Below are positions 29,461 to 42,270 of a DNA stretch of 64,000 nucleotides, piece after piece. The position numbers were made by a program, and so were the translations under genes. Origin of the DNA: Lama guanicoe (Eukaryota); contig MU054323.1 of the NCBI GenBank assembly GCA_013239625.1, positions 12,345,694 through 12,409,693 of the forward strand, in the 5' to 3' direction. Each line of letters begins with the position of its first letter. Position 1 is the stretch's first letter. Below the pieces are notes generated by a model that did no database searches, had not been told where the DNA came from, and saw nothing but the letters and a program-made list of their open reading frames with translations.

Positions 29461-30849
29461 CTCACAGTTTAAATTAGTCAATAGCATTAATTCAGAAGAA
29501 GCAGACCTTGAATCTAGCAAAACACTAGAGCAAAAGTATTCATCAGAATCACCTGTAGAGCTTTAAAAAATAATAATAAGGCCAGAATCCCCATACCTAG
29601 AAGAGTGTAACTAGCTCAACATTTCTGGCATAGGGTCCCACAGACGATTCTTATATATAGCCTCCGGTTGAGGACCTCTGCAATAGGGACTGAGCCAAGG
29701 ACACCTGCTGCTAAGACTGCAACAAGATAACCCAGAGCTCCCTGGTTCCCTAAATGACTACTCATTCCCTCAGCCACTCTCTGTCTTACTTACACCTTGC
29801 CGTGTAGCAGTTGAGATTTCTGTGTCCCTTATTTTCCCATAATAAACTTTGATTATTTAAGGTAATTGAAAACCATTTCTCTGGCTTATATCCTAAATAA
29901 CACAGCACCCCACTTGTCCTATGAAAATGAAATAATCCAGATGCTAAGAGTAATCATCAGCTAGATGTTCTTCCTTGACACACTTGGTCTAGTGTTCCAA
30001 AGCACAGTGATTATGAATCTTGTACTCAAACTTCAAATATTTTTACCAACTAAACCGCAAACAGTAACCAAAGGAAGAAGTATCTACATTGACAAAACTG
30101 GTATCAAAACCTACATATGAAATTCATGTACTTTACTCCTAGGAAAGTTCCCTAGAATTCAAGACTTAACTTCACTCAATTCTAATAAACATATGTTAAT
30201 ACCAAACACCCAATAGATGAGAAGCAACAACTCAGACAGGGAAAAGAGACTGCTACAAATTTGGCATAATGACATCAACAAGAAATGACACACAGAAAAA
30301 CACTTTTTAAAAAAAAAAAACAGATTTTAGGCATTCGTCAAACCCACAGAACTAAAATCATAATGAATGAACTTGATTATAAGCAAGTTAAACTTTGTTT
30401 AACAAACAAACAAATGTACCAGTTATGTCAGGATATCCCAGGATGAAAACAGAAATGATGACAAATAAATCTAACTATATTACAAATTAATGATACCACC
30501 TCACCCAAGCAGGTAAGGAGAATGGCAGGTGTAAAAATTTAGAAACTTTCCAAAATCACCCAACTTTGGAAAATGATATTTTGATTAGAAATTTTAAGAC
30601 TAAAAGGAACTATAGTCGGTAAATGTGTTTCACACAGAGGTATGGGCTAACAATTCTAAGCCTGCTTTACATATATACTGGGGTTGAACAAATGAGTAAA
30701 TGGATGGTGGATGCTGAGTGGGAGACAGGTTTCTCACTATTGAAGAGGGAAGTTACAGATAAGCAAGAGGAAAAGTGTAAAAATGATGAATTAGAGTTGG
30801 AGAAATGAGTGTGAACTCTAGCTTAATAGAGATGGAGAGATATAAATAG

Positions 30850-31270
30850 ATACTGTATGATCTCACTTATATGTGAAATCTAAAGAATTGAATTCATAGT
30901 AACAGAGTAGACTAGACACAACATTGTAAACTGACTATATACCTCAATTAAAAAAGAAAACAGAGTAGACTAATGGGGGGGTAATTTGAGAGAGGTCAGT
31001 GAAAGGATACAAACTTCCAGTTACAAGATAAATAAGTTCTGAGGATCTAATGTACAACTATAGTTAACAATAGTGTATTATATACTTGAAAACTGCTGAG
31101 AGAGTAGATCTTAAATGTTCTCACCACAAAAAGGAAACAGTAATTATGTGAGATGATGGAGGCATTAACTAATCCTTCACAATATATAAGGGTATCAAAC
31201 CATCATGATGTATGCCTTAAACTTACATGATGTTATATGTCAATTCTATCTCAATAAAGCTGGGAAAAAG
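30850..31270 (+). mobile_element. L1MA-type 3' end
   Basis: GATCTCACTTATATGTG..AGAGTAGATCTTAAATGTTCTCACCAC..TATCTCAATAAAGCTGG. Confidence 0.7.
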
Positions 31271-33013
31271 AGAAATATGTCACATATTTTTGAAAATAGA
31301 AGATATGTCATCATTTTCAAATTCCTAAAATAAAAGCTACAATGCTGAAAGTGGTAACTTACCTAAAATACTTAATCGCAAATGACTTCTTGGATGGTTA
31401 TAAATAGCAAAGGCTTTATCTTATTTATATACTTATTTTCCAGGAGAAATTATTGTTACTCCCTCTTATATAAGTTCTAACAACTATTTAGAATCACACA
31501 TTCATTTATAAAGAAAAATGTCTACTCTACAGGCAGTTTTATAAACCAGAAACCATAATTTGTGATATTTAACTTAATAAACTAGTAAAAACTTAATAAA
31601 CCTTATATATATGTTATTAATGTAGTGTCCTTACTTATTAATATAACCATTACTTTCATTCAGTAAGTTAAAGATATTTGTTGTGTAATCAAATAATTTT
31701 CTTCCATATATTCTTCTCACTCATTCATTCACTTGTTTATTTAATAATCTTACAAAACGCCTATTACATGCCAAGACTATTTTTGGCACTGGGGAGACAA
31801 CAATACACAAGACAGGCAGGTCTACATTCTCATGGAGCATATATTCTAGAGGAGGCAGGCAGATAGGAAATAAGTAACTTCAGATTGTGATAAATGCTAT
31901 GAAAGAAAGAAAGAGACTGTTTCATTGCCACTTTACGTGCAGTACAGGAAGAGGGAGCAAAAACAAAGACAAGAAAGGTACCGCAAGCATGTGACAACAG
32001 AATTGAGATCTGAGTAAGAAACAGACAAGAAAAAATCTGGGGGAGATATTTCTAGGAAGAAAGAACAGCAAGTACAATGGCCCTAAGGTAAGGAGCTTAA
32101 CATATTAAACGAACCATGAGGAAAAATGATCAGTTTCATGAATTCTAAAATATAGTGAACAAGGGAGAGAATGACAAAAGATGAGGCAGGATGGACAGGC
32201 ATAAGCCATATTAAGCAGGCTATCTAAAATCAGAAGCTTAAATACAAGAGGAAACCATTGAAGCAGTAATCAGTAAGCAGCACAGCCATATTGTCTGATT
32301 TAAATATTTTTAAGATCTAAAATGTACTTGTAAAGTAAGCACACTACAAAATATAATGAAATACACAATTTAAGGCTAACTTTGTCATCACATATTTGGC
32401 AAGCCGGTGTCAGACAAATAACAAAATAATCTAGTCAGATTAGTCATTCAGTCAATCACTCATAAAGCATTTAGTGAGCTCCTGCTCTGTGCCAGGTATT
32501 TCTCTGGGTGCTGGGAATATGAAGATGACGGTGGTGATGTCACCTTCCACTCTGAGCAGTAAATACAAAACTAATAATGGTGATATCATTTTATAACTGA
32601 GTAACTCAGTTTTTTCCTAAAGACTCAAAACAGTAGTTCTCTATGCTGTGTATTAAAACCACTTTTGGAGTGTGATAAAAATGCAGACATCTGAGTCCCA
32701 CTTATTAGCAATTCTAATTCAAAAGGTTTCTGATAGTCCCTCACCACACTTCGAGAAACAGAGGTAAGGGAGGAAGTTTATCAAAATCACTTATGATTTA
32801 CAAATTACACCTCCCCAATTTCCTCCAGCCATTGTAATTAATGGAAGGAGTATGTAATATGACACAGGGTATGCTGGGGGAATGAGGGTCTGAGTGGGTG
32901 TGTGTGTGTAAAGAGAGACATTAAGATTGATAACCACTACAATGAAGAGTTCTTGAAGTGGGGAAGAAGGGTCAATTATAATTGCCAAGGAAGAAGTAAG
33001 AATTTCTACAAAC

Positions 33014-34519
33014 CAGTGGTTTTCAAAGTAGTATCTGCAGATTCCTGGGGATCCCCAAGACCCTTTCAAGATGGTCCACCAGTTCAAAACCATTCTCAAA
33101 ATACTAAAAACATTATTTGCTTCTTTCACTGTACTGGCATTGCCTTGACGGCTCAAAAATAATGGCAGATAAAACTGCTGATGTCTTAGCAACAGCAGCA
33201 CCAAACTAGACTAGTAGTCATTATACTCTTTGCCACCACAACCCATCACACTCCATTTAAAAAGAAAAAAAACTTTCATTGAAGTATATCTTTGATGTAG
33301 CTGTAGCTATAAATATTACACACATTATAAAATCTCAAGCTTGAGTACACTTGTTAATATTCTGTGTGCCAAAATGGGAAGTGTAACGGTTGTCTCTGGG
33401 CCCTTATGCCCTCAGCAGCGCAAGCTGAACTAGCCACTTTTTTTATAAAACACCATTTTTCTTGAAAGAACAACTGACAAGTGATGGTTACTTAATCTTG
33501 GGTATTCAGCAGATACTTCCTTGAAAATCAACGGTGAACCTGTAACATCAAGGAAAACAACTGTCAATTTCTACTGCTAACTATAAAATTCAAGCTTTGA
33601 GGAAATCAGAATTTTGCAAACTCGTTTCTAACACTGTGGACTTACAAGCTTCCTAAGTCAAAAAGACTTTTCTGATAAGAATGGTGACATTAACAAATGC
33701 TAATATTCTGTTTGATTCTTTGACAATGAATAATGAGATGTGTAAATATTTGGAAGATCTGCATAACTCAAGGAACAAATATCTTCCAAATGATTAATGC
33801 ATGGTGTTAAAAAATCCTGCTTGGATGAAAAGATCCTCAAAGTGGAGGATAGACCAACTGATCTTAATGAAAACAGAGCATGAAAACTTAATTGCTACAA
33901 TTTCAAATTCCACATTGCAATTAAATCTTTCCAAAACTGCCCTTCTTGATTTTGTTGAAGGCTTCATATATTTAATACATGTTTAACTTATTCTGTATCA
34001 ACTATATGTCAGTAAAAGTTTAAAAAATAAGAAAATGCCACTCAAGTTTTAGTATAGCATCAAAGAAGAATATCCACAATTACCTAAAAAGTCTATTAAA
34101 ACACTCTGCCCTTTTCTAACCACATACCTGTATAAGGCCAGAATTTCTTCATATGCTTCAGGTAAAATAACAGATCACAACAGAAGGGCTGCAGTAACAA
34201 ATACGAGAACCCAGCTGTTTTCTATTAAGCTAGACATTAAATATATTTGCAAAAATGTAATAAATGCCAATCTCTCATGTTTCCCTTATTTTGGAAGATA
34301 AAGTTATTTTCATTAAAAATGCTACTTATGTTAACATGGAATGGGCTTGTTACTGTTATTTTTAAATAAATTAAAAGTAAGTATTTCTAAAGTTTCTGTT
34401 TTAGTTTCTACTTTGATAGGTATTAACAGACACAATCCACATAAAAAAGTTCTTTGAGGTTATCAATAATTTTGAAAAATGTAAAGGGATTCTGGGACTT
34501 TAAAGTTTGAAAACAACTG
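33014..34519. mobile_element. hAT DNA transposon relic (Charlie1-like)
   Basis: Terminal inverted repeats CAGTGGTTTTCAAA ... TTTGAAAACAACTG enclosing decayed Charlie-like internal sequence. Confidence 0.7.
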
Positions 34520-35299
34520 TTGGAGATCTAATGATACTTTATTTAGCTATTCACCTCTGGATAACCTTACCAAATGCATCATAACTATCTTCCTTTGAAG
34601 AACCAGAATAAGAACTGACCAAAAAAGGAGGTAGGATAGGTAGCACAATGACTCTGTTATAATATGGAAAGATCTTCAATTATTAAATTTAAGTACGAAA
34701 AGGCAAAGTATACAACAAAATATGAGAGTGGCACTTATTACATTACAGCTTCCATTCGCTGAAAAGGAGGAAATGATGACATATTCAGATGTGCTTTTAT
34801 ATGCATAAAGAAACACTGGGCACTCAAGAAACTGATAAAGACAACTACCTACAAGGGAAGGGAAATATAAAATACACAGAATGGCATAGGAATGAGACTT
34901 CTCAATGAGTATCTTTAATTTTTAGAACACACAAATGTATTCAAATTTATAATTTAATTTAAAAGAAAATAATCCTAAACCAATATTAAACCATAATACA
35001 AATGTATTTTCAATTCCTAGGTAGCTCTGATCTCAGAAAAACAAAAAGTTTTACTCTTTTTTCCAGCTCTGAGACAAAATAGCATTGCTAGCAACTAAAT
35101 ACTTACGCCAGAAAAATAAGCATTGGTCAATCTGATTTCTAGGCTACAAGACAGTAACTTCTTTAAAACCTATAAATAAACTAATCATCTGAAAAAATAA
35201 AAATAAAACAAAACAGTAATGAATAAAGTAATTAACAAGAAAACATTCAGGTGAAACCATGATCAGCAGTTAATTTAACTCTTTCATACTTAAAAGATG

Positions 35300-38150
35300 T
35301 CACTGATGACTAAAAGCAAAATTAGTTATTGCACAAGAAAAAAAAATCAGTGAACTTGAAGACAAAGCAAAAGAAATTATCCAAAAGGAAGCCAAAAAAA
35401 GGAAAAAGGAAAAAATAATTCTCAGTGAACAGTGGGACAGTATTAAGCTATTTAACATACTTTTATTTGGAGTCTACAAAACAAAGGAAGTGAAAAAGAA
35501 AAATATGAGATGATAACAATGACTGTTTTTCCAAATTTGCTACAAACTACAACCCACAGATCCAAGAAACTTGACAAATCTCAAAGAGGATTAAATTCAA
35601 AGAAAATTATTCAAAGGCACATGATAATACAATAGCAGGAAAATGGTAATAATTTTTTAAACTCTTAAGGCAACCAGAGGAAAAAAGATATCCTGTATTT
35701 AGAGGAACAAATATTTTAAAATCTCAGAATACTCAGAAGCTGTGCAAGCCAAAATACAACAGAACACTTACAAAACACTAGAAGTAATGTCAATATACTC
35801 ACTGAATTCAACACCTACCAATTACCTTTAAAAAATGGGGCATAAAAGCTACAGAAATCAAGACAGTATGCTAGTGACATAGGCTAGACAGACATATAGA
35901 CCAATGGAATAGAACTGAGTCCAGAAACAAACCCAGACATCTATGGCCCAGTGATTTGAACATTCAATGAGGAAAGAACAGTCTCTTCAACAAACAGTGC
36001 TGAGACAACTGGAAATGCACATGCAAAATAGTGAAGTGGAACTCCTACTTCGTCCCATAGTCAAAACCTAACTCTAAATGTTAAGAGCTGAAAACTATAA
36101 AATTCTCAGAAGAAAATACAGAGGAAAATCTTCATTTGCCAGTCATTTCTCAGATATACCACCAAAGTATGAGTAACAAAAGAAAAAACAGATAATATTA
36201 AATTTCATCAAAATTAAAAACATCTGTGCATGAAACAATATTACCAAGAAAGTAAAAAGACAATCTACAGGATGGGAGAAAATACTTGCAAATCATGTAT
36301 TGATAAAAGATTTCTTTCCAGAAGATACGTAAAGAACTCTTACAATTCCAATAACAAAAAAACAAACAAACAATTCAAAAATGAGCAAAGGACCTGAATA
36401 AACATTTCTCCAAAGATGATATACAAATGGCCAATAAGGACATGAAAAGGTGTTCAACACAGTCATTAGAGAATACAAATCATAACCATAGTGACACAAA
36501 TTCACACTTGTTAGGATGGCTATTACCTAAAAAAGGGGAAAACAACAAGTGTCATCAAGGATGAGAAAAAAGGAGAACCCCCCTGCACTGCTGGTAGGAA
36601 TCTAAAATTGTGTGACTGCTGTGGAAATGTTTGGTAGTTTCTCAAAAAGTTAAACATAGAATTACCATATGACCCAGCAATTCTACTCCTAGATAGGTAT
36701 TCAAAAGAACTGAAAGCAGATACTTGTACACCAACATTCATGGCATTTTTACTCACAAAAGCCAAAAGGTAGAAACAACTGAAATGTCTATCAACAGATA
36801 AATGAATAAATATGGTACATGAATATTCAGCTTTAAAAAGGGATGAAATTCTGATATATGCTACAACATGGATAAACTGTGAAAACATGCTAAGTGAAAT
36901 AAGCCAGACATGAAAGGACAAATATTTTATGAGTCCACTTAAATGAGGCACCTAGGATAGGCAAAATCATAGACACAGAAAGTGGAATAGTGATTGCCAG
37001 GGCTGCGGGGAGGAGTCAATGGGCAGTTAAGTGCTTAATGGGTATAGACTTTCAGTTGGAAAAGATAAAAACATTCTAGAGATGGATACTGGTGATGGTG
37101 TAAATAATACGAATGTACTTATGTCAGATATGTGTACACTGAGAAATTGGTAAAATTGTAAATTTTATGTTATATATATTTCACCACAATTTTTTTTAAG
37201 TGTCTTCGTATACCTGGGGCCTTGCCAGACAGTTTATGCTAATGATGTGATTTATGGTGAACTGCTATTTTTGTTCTCCTGGTACCCTGGGCCACAATGC
37301 ACCAGCGTGACCTATGCAGGAGAGAGGAGGGCTAGAGACTGAGTAGCTAAAGTCAGTCACAAGGGTGCTCTATGCCTACATTACTGACCCCCAATTAAAA
37401 CCCTGGGTACCAAGGCCTCGCTGAGCTTCCCTGGTTGGCAAATGTGAAGTCACACTTGCTGTCACACATCACTGATGGGAGAATTAAAGGCTGTTCAAGC
37501 AACTCCACAGAGAGGACAGCTGGATACTCACACGTGCTTTCTCCTGGATGCCACCGTATGCACCTTTTCCTCATTTTAATCTGTATTCTTTCTTCTTAAT
37601 AAATCACATCTGTAAGTATAGCAGCTTTTCTGAGTTTTGTGATGCTTCTAACAAATCATCAAACCTGAAGGTAGTCTTGTTGACCCCCAACACAGATGGA
37701 AAAATAGATACCATGTAAATATTAACCATGAGAAAACTGGACTGGCTTTACTAAAAAAAAAACAAGAAACACTTCAGAGCAAGAAATACTACCAGATATA
37801 AAGAGGGACATACATGATAGCCAAGTAATCAAAAGAATATAACCTCAAACATGTACATCAAATAACAGAGATTCAAAATACCTGAAACAACAAATCAACA
37901 AAACTAAAAGAAAAAATAGACAAATCCAGAATTATGGTTGGAAATTTCAACAATGCTCTCAGGAACTGACAGAAAGAAAAGGAAAATCAACAGAAATGTA
38001 GAAGATTTAACTACAATAACCCAACTTAATCTAATTAACATTTAGAGAGCATTCTACCCCACAACTATAGAAAACATAGATTATTTTCAAATGAACACAG
38101 AACACTCACCAAGACAGACCATGTAATGAGCCATAAAACAAGTCTATTGT
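35300..38150 (+). mobile_element. Nested stack of old L1 fragments: ORF1-like 35300-35790, L1M ORF2/3'UTR 35850-37195, endonuclease region 37695-38150
   Basis: L1-typical segments (CCCACAGATCCAAGAA; CCATATGACCCAGCAATT; GCCATAAAACAAGTCT), interrupted by an LTR. Confidence 0.75.
37201..37694 (+). mobile_element. Solo LTR fragment (MER21-like)
   Basis: GACCCCCAATTAAAACCCTGG, GAGCTTCCCTGGTTGGCA and terminal GACCCCCAACACA resemble MER21-type LTRs. Confidence 0.6.
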
Positions 38151-38789
38151 TAGTAGTCTGGGCCCGAGGGAGAAAAATAGATGCAACACTTCCTAAACTT
38201 ATTTGACCATAAACCCCTTCTGCAAAGGCATCTCCAGGGACTACTGTTTCTCAGAACACTTTAGGAAAAGTTACCTCATTCATTTTCAACATTTCGCCTA
38301 TTTCGCCTCCTACTAGTGACTAACAAAATAAGGGAGTCAATAAATATATCCTTTCCTTGACTATCAAGCCAGGGTTAGTCAATATTATGAAGTCCATGCA
38401 GAAGTCCTAAGGCAAGAACAAACTTGACATATCTGGACAACAGCAAGAGGGCCAGAATGGCTGCAGCAGCATAAGGTAAAGGACAAGTGGTAGGAGATGA
38501 AATGAGAAAGTTAAACAGAGGTCAAAGCATGTAAAATCTTCTAAGCCTTGGCAAGGATTTTAAATGTGATTTTAAGTATGATAGAGGATTTGAGAAAAGA
38601 ATATTACCTTACTTACATTTTCAAAAGATCTCTTAGGCTGCTGTGTAAAGAACAGAATAGAAATTAGGCAACCTGTTAGGAAGCTCTGGCAGCAGCATAA
38701 GAGATGGCTAAAACCAGATGGCTTAAGCCAGATTATATGTGTCTGTCAAGAAAAAAAATGCCCAGAAAAATCCATATAAATTGTGTTGA

Positions 38790-40090
38790 GATGCCTTAAA
38801 GCATTTTCTCTACTTGGCTCCCAGGACATCTCATTCTCCTCCTCATGAGATACTTTATCTTCTTTACACTATCTCCCTCACCTCCTCAACTTCTTCAAGC
38901 TGAAAATGTTCTCAGGCTCATTCAGAAACCTTTTTTCTGGCTACTCTTATTCCTATGGTGATTCATCCAGATACTTGGCTTTAAATATTATATACATAAC
39001 GATAATTTCCAATTTTATATCTCCACTCTAGGACTCTCCCCTAACTCCACACTCACGTATCCACTTAACTATATAGTAAACATCTCAAACCTAACAAACC
39101 AAAATTGAGCTCCTAACCTTCCCCCTCCAAACCTGTTTGTCTTAAGTCTTTCCTATCTAGGATAAAAGTAACTCCATTATTGCAATTGCTCAAGGATAAA
39201 CCTTAAGAGATATCCGTGACTCCTCTCTCTCACACCCCACTTTAAGCATGTCATGACATCTTTTTGGCTCTACCTTCAAAATATATCCAGTAATCAACCA
39301 CTTCTTACTCACCTCCACTGTCATTACTCAGTCCAAACCATCACCATCTCTCACTTGGACTGCTGCTTTCTTCTTAACTAGTCTCCCTGTTTCTGCCCTT
39401 GCCAATGCCTTCACCACTCCCCAGCTGTAGTCTACTCTGAACATTGCAGTTAAGTGGTTCTAGCAAATTTAAATTAGACCATGTCATCAACTGCTCAAAA
39501 CCTTCCAACAGCTATCTCATTCAAGTAAGTTTTTACAGTGGTCTTCCAGACCTAATGTCATCTGACAGCACCTCTGTGCTCTGCTCTAGCCTTTAATTTA
39601 CCTCTTAACCTCAAATCAGACTGGCTCACATCATTCTAGTTGCAATGGCCTCCTTGCATTTCTCAAATCCTCCAAGCCTGCTCTAGCCACAGGACCTTTG
39701 AACATGCTGTACCCTCAGCCAAAAATTATCCAGCCCTTAAGATTATCTGGAATACAAGGCTTGTTCTTTTACCCACTTCAAGTCTTCACTCAAATGCCAT
39801 CTCAGTGAAGTCTACCCTTTCCTTGCTATCTAAAATTGCAAGCTTTTCTCCAATTTTTTAACATGCCTTATGTGCCAGCTCTCCTTTTATTTTCTTTATA
39901 ATTCTCCATAACACTTTCCTCTAACATACAGTATGTTCTACTTACTTACCTTATTGTCTGTCTCCCTCAATTAAAATATAAAAACTCTACAGATATTTTG
40001 TCTGTTTCATCTCCTGCTATGCACCTAGTCCCTAGACCAGTACCTTTCATGCAGAACTGAGTTTGTTCAATACTGAATCAGTGAATGTTA
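38790..40090 (+). mobile_element. LINE-2 remnant immediately upstream of the tubulin retrocopy
   Basis: L2 motifs (CTACCTTCAAAATATATCCAG, AGGACCTTTGAACATGCTG) and a TGAAT terminal repeat. Confidence 0.65.
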
Positions 40091-40101
40091 AATAAAGCCT
40101 C

Positions 40102-41815
40102 AGGTTCTCTTACATCAACCGCTTAAGAGTCGCACTGTAAGAAGCAACAACCTCTCCTCCTCCTCTCCTCCATCTCCTCGGCAGCCACAAAACAGCAACT
40201 ATGTGTGAGTGCATCTCCATCCATGTTGGCCAGGCTGGTGCCCAGACTGGCAATGCCTGCTGAGAGCTCTATGGCCTGGAACACGGCATCCAGCCCGACG
40301 GCCAGATGCCAAGTGACTAGACCATTGGGGGAGGAGACGACTCCTTCAACACCTTCTTCAGTGGGCACTGGCAAGCATGTGCCCAGGGCAGTGTTAGTAG
40401 ACCTGGAACCCACAGTCATTGATGAAGTTCGCACTGGCACTTACCGTCAGCTCTTCCACCCTGAGCAGCGTATCAAAGGCAAAGAAGATGCTGCCAATAA
40501 CTATGCCCGCGGTCATTACACCATTGGCAAGGAGATCACTGACCTCGTCTCGGACCAAATTCGGAAACTGGCTGATCAGTGCACAGGTCTTCAGGGCTTC
40601 TTGGTTTTCCACAGCTTCGGTGAGGGAACTGGTTCTGGGTTCACCTCCCTGCTGATGGAACGTCTCTCTGTCGATTATGGCAATAAGTCCAAGCTTGAGT
40701 TCTCCATTTACCCAGCCCCCCAGGTTTCCACAGCTGTAGTTGAGCCCTACAACTCTATCCTGACCACCCATACCGCCCTGGGGCACTCTGATTGTGCCTT
40801 CATGGTAGACAACGAGGCTGTCTATGACATCTGCCGTAGAAACCTCGATATTGAGCGCCCAACCTACACAAACCTGAATAGGTTGATAGGTCAAGTTGTA
40901 TCCTCCATCACCACTTCCCTGAGGCTTGATGGAGCCCTGAATGTCAATCTGGCAGAATTCCAAACCAACCTGGTGCCCCATCCTCGCATCCACTTCCCTC
41001 TGGCCACATATGCCCCTGTCATTTCTGCTGAGAAAACCTACCAGGAACAGCTTTCTGTAGCAGAGATCACCAATGCTTGCTTTGAGCCAGCCAACGAGAT
41101 GGTGAAATGTGACCCTCGCCATGGTAAATACATAGCTTGCTGCCTGTTGTACCATGGTGATGTGGTCCCCAAAGATGTCAATGCTGCCATTGCCACCATC
41201 AAGACCAAGTGCAGCACCCGGTTTGTGGACTGGTGCCCCACTGGCTTCAGAGTTGGCATTAATTACCAGCCTCCCACGGTGGTACCTGGTGGAGACCTGG
41301 CCAAAGCACAGGAAGCTGTGTGCATGCTGAGGAACACCACAGCCACTGCTGAGGCCTGGGCTTACCTGGACCACAAGTCTGACCTGATGTGTGCCAAGCA
41401 TGCCTTTGTTCACTGTTATGTGGGTGAGGGCATGGAGGAAGGAGAGTTTGCTGAGGTCCGTAAGGACATGGCTGCCCTTGAGAAGGATTATGAGGAGGTT
41501 GGTGTAGATTCTGTTCAAGGAGAGGGAGAGGAAGAAGGAGAGGAATACTCAAGTCAAATGTCACAAAGGTGCTGCTTTTACAGGGAAGTTTATTCTGTTT
41601 TCAACATTGAAAAGTTGTGGTCTGATCAGTTAATCTGTATGTAGCAGTGTATACTCTCATACACAATTACTGACCTATGCTTTAAAACACAACGCTTTGT
41701 TACAGACCCAAGCTATCCATTTCTCTGATGGATTTGAATAAAGTATTCCCTGTCTTAAAAAAAAGAAAGGAAAGAAAGAAAGGAAGAAAGGAAGAAAGAA
41801 AGAAAGAAAGCAAGC
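40102..41815 (+). pseudogene. TUBA1A: Full-length processed pseudogene of alpha-tubulin (TUBA1A), antisense within the MEMO1 intron
   Basis: Intronless. Has a TUBA1A-like 5'UTR (AGGTTCTCTTACATC...), ATG at 40201 (MCECIS), G232 (RLIGQ), a TUBA1A-like 3'UTR with AATAAA at 41737, and an A/GAAA tail. TSD AAGCCTC at 40095-40101 and 41816-41822. Lesions: W21 to TGA (40261), K40 to TAG (40318), a 5-nt deletion near 40364, and stop TAA to TCA. Confidence 0.93.
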
Positions 41816-42049
41816 AAGCCTCTGCAGAAGTGTCAAGTTTTGTGAGGCCCAATTCAAACCCTACGACTATCCCAAATAAAATATATCAATTCCCTTGCCA
41901 GTATTTATACTGTATAAGTAATATTCAATATTTGTAAGTGGTTTTAATTATGCTTTTATTATTTTATAATATATTTACCTGACAATTACAGAGATGCTTA
42001 CTGATTCCAAATAGCTCAACTTCTCACTTACTCTGGCATTACTATAAAT

Positions 42050-42270
42050 AAAACAGTAGGCTCCAGCTAGAAGTCCTAAGTTCAAATTCTAGCTCTAGCT
42101 TTTACTAGTAGTATGACTCAGGCTTTTTAGCCTCCTCCAAGTCTTAGTTTCTCATCAATAAAATAGCAAGATGGAGGTGGATTAAAGACCTGCCCATCTT
42201 ACCTATCCTATACCTAATCATAAGACTTGTGAAAGTCAAAAATGTATGAGAAAATGCTTTATAAACCAAA
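42050..42270 (+). mobile_element. MIR SINE remnant (others at about 50430, 54960-55190, 56530-56720)
   Basis: MIR core-like TTCAAATTCTAGCTCT..CTTAGTTTCTCATCAATAAAATAG. Confidence 0.55.

Noticed and set aside
41210..41222. Assignment of the tubulin retrocopy to TUBA1B because of Ser340
   Set aside because: A single-base change in a heavily mutated patch. Both UTRs and Gly232 fit TUBA1A.
40394..41518. 374-aa minus-strand ORF, co-oriented with MEMO1
   Set aside because: It is the antisense shadow of the tubulin coding sequence, where codon bias depletes antisense stops. No independent protein resemblance or exon evidence.
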